A stretch of 64,000 nucleotides of DNA from an uncultured archaeon (GTDB lineage: Archaea; Thermoproteota; Nitrososphaeria; Nitrososphaerales; Gagatemarchaeaceae), in contig CAWCYD010000003.1 of assembly GCA_963799775.1 (NCBI GenBank), positions 1,824,001-1,888,000 of the forward strand. Direction: 5' to 3'. Position numbers and translations under genes: made by a program. The notes under the pieces are model-generated. The model saw only the letters and a program-made list of their open reading frames with translations, did not search any database and was not told where the DNA came from. This document shows positions 9,219 to 20,239 of this stretch, piece after piece (positions within the stretch are counted from its first letter, which is position 1; the number at the start of each line of letters is the position of its first letter).

Positions 9219-10430
9219 TTGCATCGCCCCATCGCAGCATCAATTCTTCTCGCTCTTTTCCTAACATTGCCATTAGGATTTGTGGCATCTGCTTCGACGG
9301 GGTCTTGGAACGGCCTGCCTACTTGGGCAAGGCTGCCTACGGTTCCACCTCCGATTGATGGTAAGCCGACTTGCTGGATTTTGAGTAACGGAGCATGGGT
9401 GGTTAATCCAGACGATTGCGTTCCCGTACCGCAAAATCTTATCCCCACTGAGGGAGGATTGCACCATCCCATTTACGGAGTCGACGATAATTTCATCGAA
9501 AGAGCCGCAACCTCAGTAGATGTGTCTCAATATAGCGGAGAATATGACAACCGTACAAATACGGCCGGAACCTACAGTGTTCAACTCAACACAAATATCT
9601 TTGTTGGCAATCTTTATGGGAGCAATGGGGATGAAGACTGGGACCAATTTGTTTTTCAAAATCAGCCCAATGTCCTCACTGACGAGTGTATAGTTCAGTG
9701 GGACTTATCGCAAAGCACATCACAACCTTTAGCTTATCCTGATAGCTACTGTCAGACGATTTCCCAGCAACTTCCGCTTGAAACTGCCTTCCAGGTGGTC
9801 GTGCAGGGATCTGCTACTAGTGGTTATCTTAGTGTCACTGTTTCTGCGCCGAGCTATACCCCGACTGCACTCTCGTTGACCGATGTTCTCGGTTTGGAGT
9901 ACGACAATTGGGGAACCACTTCAGGTACCATACTTGGCGCCGGGCTTTCGTCAACGGCTGATTTCTATTCTCCAGCCACGGTGTACACCGATGTTGGCAC
10001 TTATTCGAGCAACGAATACTATTCGCAACAGTCCGATACCAACACCGGTGAGATGAACAACCTGTATTACACATCTACGGGCCCTGCTGGTTGTGACACC
10101 AATTACGTCTGCTGGGAAGACACAGTGTCAAGCACTAGTTCGGGTGGTGGTTCGTTAAACCTGAATGTGAACTCGGTAAACTATAACACACAGTCTCCGA
10201 TTACTGGGTACTACACGCAACTTGACGATTCCAGCTATAATGAGCTTAGTTATGGTTATACGCCGACCACATACAGCGTGACCTACGGGAGTAACTATCT
10301 TGTTTATGCTGATGGCTATGGAAACTGCAACTTCTACCAGTGGTCTGATGGAAGCACATCGATGCCCCATCCTGTCACCCCGTATGGGGATACTACTCTC
10401 ACTGCGGAGTACACTGGCAGCAGTTGCTGA
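9219..10430 (+). CDS. Secreted protein of unknown function
   Basis: Signal peptide, 403 aa, S/T/Y/N-rich, C-terminal FYQWSDG..LTAEY module. Confidence 0.65.
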   Translation: MHRPIAASILLALFLTLPLGFVASASTGSWNGLPTWARLPTVPPPIDGKPTCWILSNGAWVVNPDDCVPVPQNLIPTEGGLHHPIYGVDDNFIERAATSVDVSQYSGEYDNRTNTAGTYSVQLNTNIFVGNLYGSNGDEDWDQFVFQNQPNVLTDECIVQWDLSQSTSQPLAYPDSYCQTISQQLPLETAFQVVVQGSATSGYLSVTVSAPSYTPTALSLTDVLGLEYDNWGTTSGTILGAGLSSTADFYSPATVYTDVGTYSSNEYYSQQSDTNTGEMNNLYYTSTGPAGCDTNYVCWEDTVSSTSSGGGSLNLNVNSVNYNTQSPITGYYTQLDDSSYNELSYGYTPTTYSVTYGSNYLVYADGYGNCNFYQWSDGSTSMPHPVTPYGDTTLTAEYTGSSC

Positions 10431-10601
10431 GTATCCTCGCGGCTCCGCCCAAGACTCACTGGTAGGGTCAAGAAGAGACGGACTGTCTCCTCGGACTCTA
10501 TTCTCGAGGCTCAGAATCGGCTTGCAAATCGCACTATCCACAGATTCCCTGTTGGCCCAAAGATAATATCAATCCAATCTCGCAAGGTCCTCGTCACCGC
10601 C

Positions 10602-11408
10602 TTGGAGAAGCGCGAACTGGGCAAGACAAGGGAGAAGGTGCCCGTGATCGGCATGGGGACATGGGAGGTGGGCGACTCACGAGGTGAGGGACGCGCACTC
10701 GAAATCCAGGCCGTCAGGAGAGGAATCGAACTCGGGATGGGGCTCATAGACACCGCCGAGATGTACGGCTATGGGAATGCAGAGAAGCTGGTGGGAGAAG
10801 CAATCAAGGACGTCAGAGACGAGGTCTTCATCGCGACGAAGATATCAGCCGACCACTTCCAGTATGAGGCCGTCCTGAAGGCCTGTGACGCGAGCCTAGC
10901 GCGACTGGGCGTGAAGCAGATTGACCTCTACATGCTGCATTGGCCCAACAGTCGCATCCCAATCAGCGAGACCATGAAGGCGATGGAGGAGCTGGTGTCG
11001 CGGGGAAAGATTCGCTATATCGGGGTGAGCAATTTCTCTGTGGCGCAGGTCGAGCAAGCGAGGGAGGCGCTTCCAAGGTCGGAGCTGGTCTCAAACGAGG
11101 TGCGATACAGCATAACGCACCGCTCAATAGAGTCCGAACTTCTTCCCTTCTGCGAGAAGGAGAAAATTACGGTCATCGCCTACAGCCCGCTGGACACTGG
11201 AAGGATGAGCAGCAAGATTCCGAAGGCCCTCCTCGAAAAGTACGGGATGACGCCTGCCCAATTGATGCTGAACTGGGTAACCTACGGGGAGGATGTGATC
11301 GCGATACCCAAAGCCTCGAACATCAAGCACATCGAGGAGAACGCAGCAGCGCTCGAGCCGAGGCTCTCGCCCGACGATTACAAGACCCTGTCCAGGATAT
11401 TCGACTAA
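10602..11408 (+). CDS. Aldo/keto reductase
   Basis: IGMGTW, IDTAEMYG, DLYMLHWP, IGVSNF, AYSPL, IPKAS. Confidence 0.95.
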   Translation: MEKRELGKTREKVPVIGMGTWEVGDSRGEGRALEIQAVRRGIELGMGLIDTAEMYGYGNAEKLVGEAIKDVRDEVFIATKISADHFQYEAVLKACDASLARLGVKQIDLYMLHWPNSRIPISETMKAMEELVSRGKIRYIGVSNFSVAQVEQAREALPRSELVSNEVRYSITHRSIESELLPFCEKEKITVIAYSPLDTGRMSSKIPKALLEKYGMTPAQLMLNWVTYGEDVIAIPKASNIKHIEENAAALEPRLSPDDYKTLSRIFD

Positions 11409-11411
11409 TCT

Positions 11412-13836
11412 CTAGTTTTTGGAGGCCCGGACCGCCTTGTGCGGCTTTTGGATGTGGTGCATCCTCTCCAGGTCGGGGAGATAGGGCCTCAGCTTGGTGG
11501 GCACCTTGGCTTCGATCGGTTCCCTGAGGCTCACTCCCTTGTCCCGCTTGGCCTTCCAGATCTTCTCGTCGAACTCGATGATCGCTGGCCCGATGCCCTT
11601 CGCTGCCTTACGTTTGTCGGGCTTGGGGAACGTCTCGAGGTGAATCGTGTGCTGCCCGTACAGCCTCCTCCAGATGTGGTCTGTGATGTGCGGCGTGATC
11701 GGGGCTACCAACAGCAAGACGGATTTCATCACGTGGTGGAGCGTGAACCTCGCCGCGTCGCGGTCATCCTTGGAGACCCCGTCCCCGTAGGCCCGCCCCT
11801 TGACCATCTCGATGTAGTGCGCCGCGAAGACGTTCCAGACGAACTCCCGTATCTTCGTCGCCGGCACGAACCCGTTTCCATCCTCGTAACCCGCAACACA
11901 CTCTCGTATCAACACGTTCAGTTCCGAGATGATCCAGACGTCGGTCGGCGTCAGCTTCGCCCTCTTCGGCTCCTGGAACGTCGCGATGAAGCGGCCCGTG
12001 TTCCAGAGCTTGGTGAGGAACTTGCCCGCCCCGGCCACCCTGTCCTCTGACAGCCTAAAGTCGTAACCGAGGTTCGCCTCGGCCGCGCCCCAGAATCGGA
12101 AGGTGTCCGTCCCGTACTTCTGCAGGAGCGGCTCCGGGTCCATGAAGTTCCCGAGGCTCTTGCGCATGGCCCTCCCCTGGGCGTCCTGCCCGAGGCCTCC
12201 GACCCACGCGTCGCTGAAGGGAGCCTTTCCCGTCAATAGGTAGCACCTGAGCAGCGAGTAATACAGCCAGGTCCTGACGATGTCCTTGCCTTGGAGCCTG
12301 AGCGTCGTGGGATAGGTCAGTTTGTGGAACTTTGGGTTCTTCGTGATTTTGGTAATGTAGAGCGCGGAGATGCTCGAGTCCATCCAGGTGTCGAACGTGC
12401 GGGCCTCTCCCACGAACCTCGTGTTGGCACACTTCACGCACTTTTTGAACGGGGCGGGGTCCCTTCCACGGCCTGTAATACTTCCCGGGCTTTGGCAGGT
12501 GCGGCGTCCCACATTTCCCGCAATACCAGATCGGAATCTCCGTGGCATAGTAGCGCCGCCGTGAGATGGGATAGTCCGTGGTGAGCGAGTTCATCCAGTC
12601 GAGTAGGATCTGCCTGTGCATCGGCGGGTGGAACTTGATCTGCTTCGCGAGCTTCTTCAGCGTGGGCACGAACTGGAGCTGCTTGAGGTAGAACTCCTCC
12701 ATCGGGATTATCTCGATGGGGGTGTGGCTCCTCTCGCACAGCGGCGTGCGGTGCTGCACCTGCTCGACCTTGACCGCTATCTTGGAGTCCTGGAGGTGCC
12801 TGAATTATCTGGGAGCGGGCGTCCTTCACCGCCATGGCGACATACTTCCCTGTCACGGCTGTCATCTTCCCCTCTATGTCGATTGCCTGGACCTCCTTGA
12901 GGCCGAACTGCCTGAATAGCTGGACGTCGTTGTAGTCGCCGTAGCTGCAGACCATCAGGACGCCGGTCCCGAAGGTCGGGTCGACGCTCTTGTGCGTCTT
13001 TATCGGGCACCTCGATGCCGTATACTGGGACCACGGCGGTCTTCCCCACGACGTCCTTGTATCGCTCGTCAGCCGGGTTCACCACTACGAGTTGGCACGC
13101 CGCGAGCAGCTCGGGCCTCGTGGTCGCGACCTCGATCTCGGCCCCGGTCTCCTTGACCTTGAACCTGTTCGTGACCAGGTATGTCGGGAGGTTCATCGTA
13201 TTCTATCTCGGCGTCGGCTATCGTGGTCCCGCAGTCCGTGCAGTAGTTGTTGGGCCTCGTCGCGATGTGGACCAGGCCTTTGTTCCAGAGCTCGATGAAC
13301 GACCACTGGGTGAGCGTCCTGTACTCCTCAGAGTCGGTCCTGTACTTTTCCTTGAAGTCGCCCGATATCCCGAGCCTCTTCATGAGGTCCACCATGTATT
13401 GCTCGATGTCGTCGAGCGCGTGCTTGCACAGGCCGATGAACTCGTCCCTGGGAGTCTTCCGCATCTGGATCCTGTACTTGCGCTCGGTGGCGATCTCCAC
13501 CGGCAGCCCGTTCCTGTCGATCCCCACGGGATAGAGGACGCTCAGCCCCCTCATCCTCGCCGCCCTCGCGACCATGTCTATCTGCGCGTACTGGGTGAGC
13601 GCCCCGGGGTGCCACGGTCTCCCTGAGGGGTAGGGAGGCGGCGTGTCCATCACAAAGTTGCGTTTCTTGTTGCTATTCGGTCTGAATATGAAGATATCTT
13701 GAAGGCTCCAGATTCTGCGAATCTCTTCTTCGAGCAGAGGGTTCCAACTGGTCGACTCTAGCTTGTTGGGTAGGGCTGCTGTCGCGGGAGCTGCTTCCCG
13801 CCTCGGCTCCCCCTGGGTCTCCAAAACTCCGTTCAC
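11412..13836 (-). CDS. valS: Valyl-tRNA synthetase, split by about 4 frameshifts (probably assembly errors)
   Basis: DTPPPYPSG..HPG, ATTRPELL, FGTGVLMVCSYGD, ISRRRYYATEIP, FDTWMDSS, MRKSLGN spread over successive frames. Confidence 0.88.
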
Positions 13837-13919
13837 TCCACACCCAGAGGGTATTTAGGTTGAACAAACGTCCACTCCAGACACAGCGCACTATCTACGC
13901 GAGATGCGAGGGTTTCCCT

Positions 13920-14723
13920 CTATCGCTTTTGGGTGTAGACCCCGTTGGTCTTCACGTATCTCACATCTGAAAGGGGCGGCTTTGAGTAGAAGCTCTCGTC
14001 GACCACACCCGCCGTCTTGAACGCCAAGGCCCTCCTTCGGCAATTTGAGCACCAGCCGCAATGGACCGGGTATTTCTTCCCGGCGATCGTCTTGAAGCTG
14101 TGGCCGGTGTAGCAGGAGTAGGTGTAGCGCCATGGGACGCCGAGCTCGTCTCCCAGCTTCACGAGCTTGTCCTTGTCGTAGGTGATCAGCGGCGCCAGAA
14201 GCTTGTAGCCCCCATGATGGGTCGCCTGCTCGCCTAGCCTGTTGATCTCCTCGAGGAACTCCGGAGTGTTGTCCTTCATGGCCACAGGCGTCTCCCTCCT
14301 TATCCCGATGTAGACGTCGAACCTCTCCTTCGTCGAGATGAAGAAAGACTCTGCGTGCGCGAGGCCTGTGAGGAGGAGCAGGGCGTTCCTGCATGGGCCC
14401 CACCACTTTAGAATCCTGTCGCGGGCCTTCTTCGAGTCCCAGAGGTCCTCGGGCCTGGTCTCGGGAACCGGCTTCTCCGCGTGAGTGAGCAGCGAGGTGC
14501 TAATCCCGCCGAGCCACCTCATCTCGATGAGCTTGAGAGGGACGCCCAGGTCCTTTGCGACGTGTTTGATGCAGAACTCCTCGTAGGTGTATGCCCTCTG
14601 CCCATAGTCGCAGAATATCAGGACCTGGTGCTCCGGTTTGATGACCTTCTTGACGTAGTACGCGAGGGGGACCGAGTCTGCTCCCCCCGAGATCATGCAG
14701 ATAGCGCTCCTGTTCTTGCCCAA
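13920..14723 (-). CDS. queC: 7-cyano-7-deazaguanine synthase
   Basis: SGGADS, DYGQR, RNALLL, TYSCY..HCGWCSNCRRR. Confidence 0.9.
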   Translation of the reverse strand: MGKNRSAICMISGGADSVPLAYYVKKVIKPEHQVLIFCDYGQRAYTYEEFCIKHVAKDLGVPLKLIEMRWLGGISTSLLTHAEKPVPETRPEDLWDSKKARDRILKWWGPCRNALLLLTGLAHAESFFISTKERFDVYIGIRRETPVAMKDNTPEFLEEINRLGEQATHHGGYKLLAPLITYDKDKLVKLGDELGVPWRYTYSCYTGHSFKTIAGKKYPVHCGWCSNCRRRALAFKTAGVVDESFYSKPPLSDVRYVKTNGVYTQKR

Positions 14724-14755
14724 ACTTTCAGCTCCCTCTTCGAACGAAGTTCATA

Positions 14756-15230
14756 TCAGTTCGGGAACCTTCTTTGCAGCACGCCGAGCCTCTTGACTGC
14801 CTTGTAGAAGACGTAGCCCAGGACCGCCGTCGCTATGAAGACCCCGAGAGTCACTTGCGGTATCTCCACTGACAGTGGGAGCTTGAACGCGTAATTGAGC
14901 GCGTAGCTCACCGTTATCCCAAGTGCGATGGAGTAGAGCGCCAGCCCGAGGAAGACGCTCTTGCTGCGAAGTTTCCACAACACCAAGGAGAACACGAAGG
15001 ACGGAATCACGTTGAGCAGGTCGATAGGCCCTAGCGGGTCGCCTAGCGCCGGCTGGTTGGCGATGAAGACGCCGAGCGCCTGCCCGATCACCGCGGGCCA
15101 CCCTATGAGGGGGACCAGGCCGATGAGGATGTTCGCCACGCGCAAGTTGATGACGCCGTAGCTGATCGGGTTGAAGAGAAGCGCGAGCACGACATAGAGC
15201 GCCGCATAGACGGCTGCCGTCGCTATCAGG
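14756..15230 (-). CDS. queT: QueT-family transporter (start uncertain)
   Basis: AVYAALYVVL...PISYGVINLRVAN; multiple TM helices; adjacent to queC. Confidence 0.8.
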
Positions 15231-15442
15231 ACGCTCCTTCTGGGGCTTCTCGTTGTATTCGTTGTTTCTCTCTCCTCCGACCCGGGGTTTCTAGAGGCGG
15301 AACGGGGGGAGGCCCACTCACCCGCCTACCGCGGCCTGAAGTCGTGATTGTTATAACGCTTCTCAGGAATGTCTCGGGTTCATCCTCTCCTGGCTGCGAG
15401 CAAATCAGAATGATTTTATGGTACCCAAGTACCAGAGTACCC

Positions 15443-15694
15443 ATGCCCCAGCTGAAGTTCGTGGTAGAGGATCAGCTTCTCAAGAAGTTCAAGCAGATAG
15501 TGATCAAGAAGCACGGCAAGATTGACCTTGCCCCAGAGGGCGAGGAAGCAATCAGATTATACATCAAGAAGTATGAAGACTTGGAACAAGCTCAAGAAGA
15601 AAACGACACGCTCCTCGCTGCCATAGGCGCGTTGCGCACGGGCAAGACCAGGAGCGCGCTTAGAGATCTGAGGGAGCTGGAGTCGAATCCTTGA
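15443..15694 (+). CDS. Putative antitoxin
   Basis: 83 aa, RHH-like N-terminus, overlaps the PIN gene. Confidence 0.6.
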   Translation: MPQLKFVVEDQLLKKFKQIVIKKHGKIDLAPEGEEAIRLYIKKYEDLEQAQEENDTLLAAIGALRTGKTRSALRDLRELESNP

Positions 15695-16098
15695 TCTTCG
15701 TGGACACGACAATCTGGGCATCCGCAATCGATGCCTCCGACTCGCTCCACGAGGATGGCGCTGCTGTGCTGAAGGCATTGGCCGAGGGCCAGCTCGGTGC
15801 CGCTTTGACCACCGACTTTGTCCTAGATGAAACCTTGACACTTCTAAAGGCAAGAGGCGGACGAGCGGGCACAATCGTCAAAGCAATCTCCAACATTATC
15901 TCGTCCCCAAGCCTCAACATTTCGTATGTAGACGAAGTCCTCTTCAACACAGCACTCTCAACGTATGAGAAGTATGAGCGGCTTAGCTTCACTGACGCAG
16001 TCACACTCACGATCATGCAACGAAAGAAGGTCAAAGAGATATTTTCTCATGATGACCACTTTGACATCAAAGGAATCATCAGGAAGGAAAGACCCTGA
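15691..16098 (+). CDS. vapC: PIN-domain VapC toxin
   Basis: IFVDT, VLDET, LSFTDA, SHDDHF. Confidence 0.88.
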   Translation: MIFVDTTIWASAIDASDSLHEDGAAVLKALAEGQLGAALTTDFVLDETLTLLKARGGRAGTIVKAISNIISSPSLNISYVDEVLFNTALSTYEKYERLSFTDAVTLTIMQRKKVKEIFSHDDHFDIKGIIRKERP

Positions 16099-16273
16099 AG
16101 AGTCTCTCGAGACAGGCAATCATTTAGTCGTTCGACCGCTAATCACAGACGATGTGTTTCCTTCAAGGACGGGGCCTGCCAGAAGCATTCTGTCGAAGTG
16201 ACGCACTACCAAGTGTGCGATGACTGGCAGAGGAATGCGAGCCTACCGACCGAGATAGTCTAGGGAGCCGCGA

Positions 16274-16938
16274 CTAGGATCCGGCTGCATTGCCTGCGGA
16301 GCTCGAGCTGCTCCCACCCTTCCCAGTCAACTGAGGCAGGGCTGAAGCGCCCAACAGGATAGCCACCACGCCGCTCCAATCCAAGAAGATGCCGCCTAGG
16401 TCCGAAGACTTCCAACTAATCGAAGGGACGAAGAATGGGACGGCAATGATCAGAAGCAACCCCCCGACCGCATATGCCAAGAGCACGCCCACCTCCTGTA
16501 GCGAGAGGCTAAACGACAAGCCCTGGGTTATGGGCAAGCTCTTCTGAAGGGCGGCTGCGCTCGCTAGAACCATGCCATAGGCGGCCATGGACCTTGTCGT
16601 TGGCTTGGTCCCCCTTCAGAGCCTCTGCCTTCAGGGCAGTGCTGACAGACTCCACTATGGCGTCTAACTCGTCTTGTGACTTGACGACGATCTTCGTGGT
16701 TTGCTTGACGCTCTGCATCCGGAATGGCAATTGCTTCCCGACTCTTCTCGGCGACTTCGAACCGGGTTGGAAAAGAAAAAGTTCGGGGAGCGAGGTTTCC
16801 GCTTACCCCGCGCCCGCGCCGCCGGCTACTTCGGCGAGGGGCGACAAGTGGATGCCGAATGCCGCAGCCACAGCCGCCGCGCCCGCCATTGCCATCATTC
16901 CGTACCGAATCTTCTGATCGAGGGTCATTGTAGGTCAC
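16274..16938 (-). CDS. Membrane protein, frameshifted
   Basis: Hydrophobic segments in adjacent minus-strand frames. Confidence 0.4.
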
Positions 16939-17339
16939 TGGGATGCATAGCTGTTCTCAAAGTCTTCAAGCTACTGCGAAAGAGAGGATTCGACCCTTTC
17001 ATCTGGCAACTTGCGCTTTCGCACAGGAATAGCGGGCACATTCACATAGCGATTGTAACCGACTGGAACGACTACCGATACATTTGTGGATGCTGTAAGG
17101 AGGCACAGAAGCCAATTCGCAACAAGAGAGGAGGCGGGTCGATGTTTAGGGTTTGCAATTGCAGAGATTGTGTCGCTTGCGACCCAGACATTCGGATAGA
17201 CATGGAACAAATCACGCGGGCACGATAAGCCACCCACGCTGAAACACCTCGAGAGAACAGGCCTTACCACCCAGAGACGAGATAATGTCTGAGGCAGAAG
17301 CTAAAGGACTAAGTAGTTCTTGACGATGAAACCATCAGG

Positions 17340-17579
17340 ATGAGTCTAGCCGACCGCATGAGTGAAGAATTCATCAATAGGGTTCAATCCCTTGTGGTGG
17401 ACAATATCGCCCAAGCCGTCCTGACTCTCATCATGGGATGTCTAGCGGTATCGCTATTCATAATCGCTGGCCTTCTCCAGTTCGCATCAGACCTCGATAG
17501 AATTGGAAGGGCTCGAAGCCCGACAGGTTTCGCCTTATCATCCTTGGACTCGTTCCTAGATTACCTCGGACTCAGGTAG
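17340..17579 (+). CDS. Small membrane protein
   Basis: 79 aa with one TM. Confidence 0.35.
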   Translation: MSLADRMSEEFINRVQSLVVDNIAQAVLTLIMGCLAVSLFIIAGLLQFASDLDRIGRARSPTGFALSSLDSFLDYLGLR

Positions 17580-17657
17580 CTCTGTCGCTTCGCACAACGA
17601 AGTTAACATAATCCAGGGCGCGCGTCGTTTATTATTCGGGCCGGGGTCTGGGCCTGA

Positions 17658-17924
17658 TTGGCGAAGAGGAGAGAAGAGCTCATCATCTACGTCGATATCC
17701 TCACCGCCGTCCTCGATGGTCCAAAGCTGCGGACCAGGCTGGCGCAGACATGCAACCTGAGCTACGACAACTTCGTCAAGTACGCCAGCAAGCTCGAGTC
17801 GAGCAAGCTGGTCGAGAGGAAGCAGGAGGAGGGGCACGACCTCTATGCCATCACGCCGGAGGGGTTGAAGTTCCAGGATGAGTTCAGGAAGAACCTGCTG
17901 AGGCTGAAACTGAGCGAGCTCTAG
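17658..17924 (+). CDS. Small winged-helix protein
   Basis: IYVDIL..TRLAQTCNLSY..YAITPEG. Confidence 0.8.
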   Translation: MAKRREELIIYVDILTAVLDGPKLRTRLAQTCNLSYDNFVKYASKLESSKLVERKQEEGHDLYAITPEGLKFQDEFRKNLLRLKLSEL

Positions 17925-17972
17925 GCGGGACTCATCTCTGATGAGCAACGGTTTTATCCCTCAGAAGCAATT

Positions 17973-18371
17973 TTGTTGCAATCTTCTCTCATGGCCGCCT
18001 CTGCCTCGCCGAACGAGGACAAGTCTCTGGGCGTGATGGTAATCGACGCGCACGAGGAGCTCATCCAGCAACTCGAGGCCGGTCAGGCGAAGATAAGGCT
18101 CCTCTCGATGATAACCCTCATCGTGGCATCGCTGCTCCTGGCGTCTTACGCATACCAGATTGTCCTGCCGCTCTCCTCTCCCGCGAGCAGGTACCAGACG
18201 GTGGACCTGCTAAGCCCCACCCTGATAGCCACGGAGGTCGTCCTGATAGTGCTCGGCGGGGCATGGTTCTTTGTGGGCGTCGTCAACTACCTCTTCTCCG
18301 CGCGTCTGAACAAGCGGATTCGCGAGATCAGATCGTTCGAGAAGGAGCTCCTTGAGAGGGTGAAAGGCTGA
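17973..18371 (+). CDS. Two-TM membrane protein
   Basis: Two hydrophobic helices, host-like codon usage. Confidence 0.65.
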   Translation: MLQSSLMAASASPNEDKSLGVMVIDAHEELIQQLEAGQAKIRLLSMITLIVASLLLASYAYQIVLPLSSPASRYQTVDLLSPTLIATEVVLIVLGGAWFFVGVVNYLFSARLNKRIREIRSFEKELLERVKG

Positions 18372-18413
18372 GGGCTCAGAGAGTCAGAATTCAGCCAGTC
18401 CTCTGAATCATTC

Positions 18414-18854
18414 TTACCATCCACTCTCGCATTCGAACCGCTCGCCAAGATCCCAATCGAACACCTTCGCAAAGGGCTGGCCCGAGTATTTCTCATCCGA
18501 GTTCATCCACAAAGACATGACCCCCACGGCCACTATCCTCTTCTTTCTGAATGGTCTCGCCTCGTGTCCTCTGCCCTTCATGAAGGGGAAGTAAATCTTC
18601 AGCTTGATGTCATGCAGTTCGCTAATTATGATCACATCGTAGAGAAGCGACTTGGTCTCGCTCCGAAGCATGAATTCAGCGGCCTCGATCACAGCACGCC
18701 TAAAGTCTGGAAGAGCCTTGGCAATGGCCTCGAAGTCGACCGCCTTCTTGAGAGCCGGGTGGCGCTTCCACACCATGAGACCGAAATCAGGGTATTCCAA
18801 GGCGCGAAAGCCGAGCTTGTCATAGACCGCGCTGTCGTCTTCTGGGTCTCCCAA
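18414..18854 (-). CDS. Hypothetical protein
   Basis: 146-aa ORF. Confidence 0.5.
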   Translation of the reverse strand: MGDPEDDSAVYDKLGFRALEYPDFGLMVWKRHPALKKAVDFEAIAKALPDFRRAVIEAAEFMLRSETKSLLYDVIIISELHDIKLKIYFPFMKGRGHEARPFRKKRIVAVGVMSLWMNSDEKYSGQPFAKVFDWDLGERFECESGW

Positions 18855-18968
18855 GCCAGTCTACTGTCAGGCCGCCGAGGATACCAATCAAACGCTATCT
18901 TTTGAGTATCGTCGTTCTTCTTCCTGAACCCTTCAGTGCGTGCGTGTTGCCCAATATGGGAATGAGAT

Positions 18969-18992
18969 CCCCCGGCGGAGGCGCAGCGAGCC
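18969..18992 (+). repeat. Orphan degenerate copy of the pre-23S BHB-arm repeat
   Basis: CCCCCGGCGGAGGCGCAGCGAGCC. Confidence 0.7.
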
Positions 18993-19020
18993 TCAATTCT
19001 GTCGTTTCGGGCAAGACAGC

Positions 19021-19368
19021 TTAGCGTGTGAACACTAGCCCCGTAGCATCGACCTGGAACTTGAGCTCCTTTTCGGCGAAGTTCCTGAACAACCATTCTA
19101 TCCATGAGCCGGTCATTTGCTCTTCGTCCGTACCACTAATGTTAATCTTCACTTGGTTCTTCTTGTCTCCGTCTCTTACGCGAACCTTCACTTTCCAATC
19201 ACCACCTTTGGTTTCCCTGCGAATCACGTAATTCCCGCCTTTCAACTTCTGACTAACGTAAAGGGGAGATTTCCCGCCTCCGGTTCTCTTCGACATACCC
19301 TTTACGGTAGCGACCAACAAATCTGTGGTTAGTGTCTTGCCAGATTCAATGGTAATCTTCACGACCAT
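19021..19368 (-). CDS. Hypothetical basic protein between two repeats (cassette-like)
   Basis: 115-aa ORF filling the inter-repeat space. Confidence 0.55.
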   Translation of the reverse strand: MVVKITIESGKTLTTDLLVATVKGMSKRTGGGKSPLYVSQKLKGGNYVIRRETKGGDWKVKVRVRDGDKKNQVKINISGTDEEQMTGSWIEWLFRNFAEKELKFQVDATGLVFTR

Positions 19369-19470
19369 AACGCCAATAGCCTCGCGAACGTGAATTAAAG
19401 GATTAGCTTGATCTCAGCTTGGGCCAAGGGACATCCGTGTTATGTTGAGTGCAGGAGCCTGAGCGGCTGA

Positions 19471-19552
19471 TTCAGTCGGTCAACCAATAGCTCAACGTAA
19501 GTAAAATGCCCCGGCGCAGGGGCGATGAACCCTTACGCATGTCGACAGGCCC
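19471..19552 (+). repeat. Orphan degenerate long repeat (23S 3' end plus BHB arm)
   Basis: TTCAGTCGGTC..ATAGCTCAACGT..AAATGCCCCGGCGCAGGGGCGATGAACCC. Confidence 0.75.
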
Positions 19553-19586
19553 AATCTTGAATTACACGACACCTGCGATTATCGTC

Positions 19587-20220
19587 GTGAAGCCAGATAG
19601 GGTCGTCGAAAGCGGGTACGACGAGATTCATCAACTCTATCATGAACGAAGGGTCAAGAACTTCTGGTCCGTTAGACCTGACATCAACGCCCTCGTCAAG
19701 CGCCTGTCCAAAGGAGATTCCATTTTGGATGTTGGATGTGGAAGCGGATACATAGCGTCGATTCTCGAAAAGCAGGGCTTCAAAGTCACTGGAATCGACG
19801 TTTCGAGAAAGATGTTGGAGCTCGCCAAGAAGAACGCGCCATCGTCGAGATTCCTCAAGATGGACATGAGGACGCTGGGATTCCCGCCTCGGTCTTTCGA
19901 CGGCGTGATCTGCCTCTATTCGATAATACACGTCCCAAGACGGTTTCACCAAGGTATACTGAAGGGCTTCCACAGAGTCCTGAAGCCCGGGGGATTGCTC
20001 GCGACTCACATGGGCTGGACCGACTACGTCGGGACGGAAGAGGATTGGCTGGGAGGTGGAGCAACGATGTACTGGAGCCACGATGTACTGGAGCCACTAC
20101 GGCAAGGAAAGAAACATGGAGATGTTGCGAGAGGCGGGTTTCGACATCATATCATCAAGGGCCTCGAAGCAGAAGGACGGCACGCACCTGTTCGCTCTGG
20201 CCCAGAAAGCCCCAGACTGA
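19587..20220 (+). pseudogene. Class I SAM methyltransferase frameshifted by a 16-bp tandem duplication
   Basis: ILDVGCGSG, LKPGG; ACGATGTACTGGAGCC at 20064-20079 and 20080-20095. Confidence 0.8.
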
Positions 20221-20239
20221 TTCTTTCTTCCAAGGAGGC

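Noticed and set aside
1-10560. Canonical casposon
   Set aside because: No family B polymerase and no terminal inverted repeats identified; the island may extend beyond the window
11412-13836. valS pseudogene or programmed frameshifting
   Set aside because: Essential gene with all motifs present; similar indels in korA, thermopsin and cassette genes point to sequencing errors; needs read polishing
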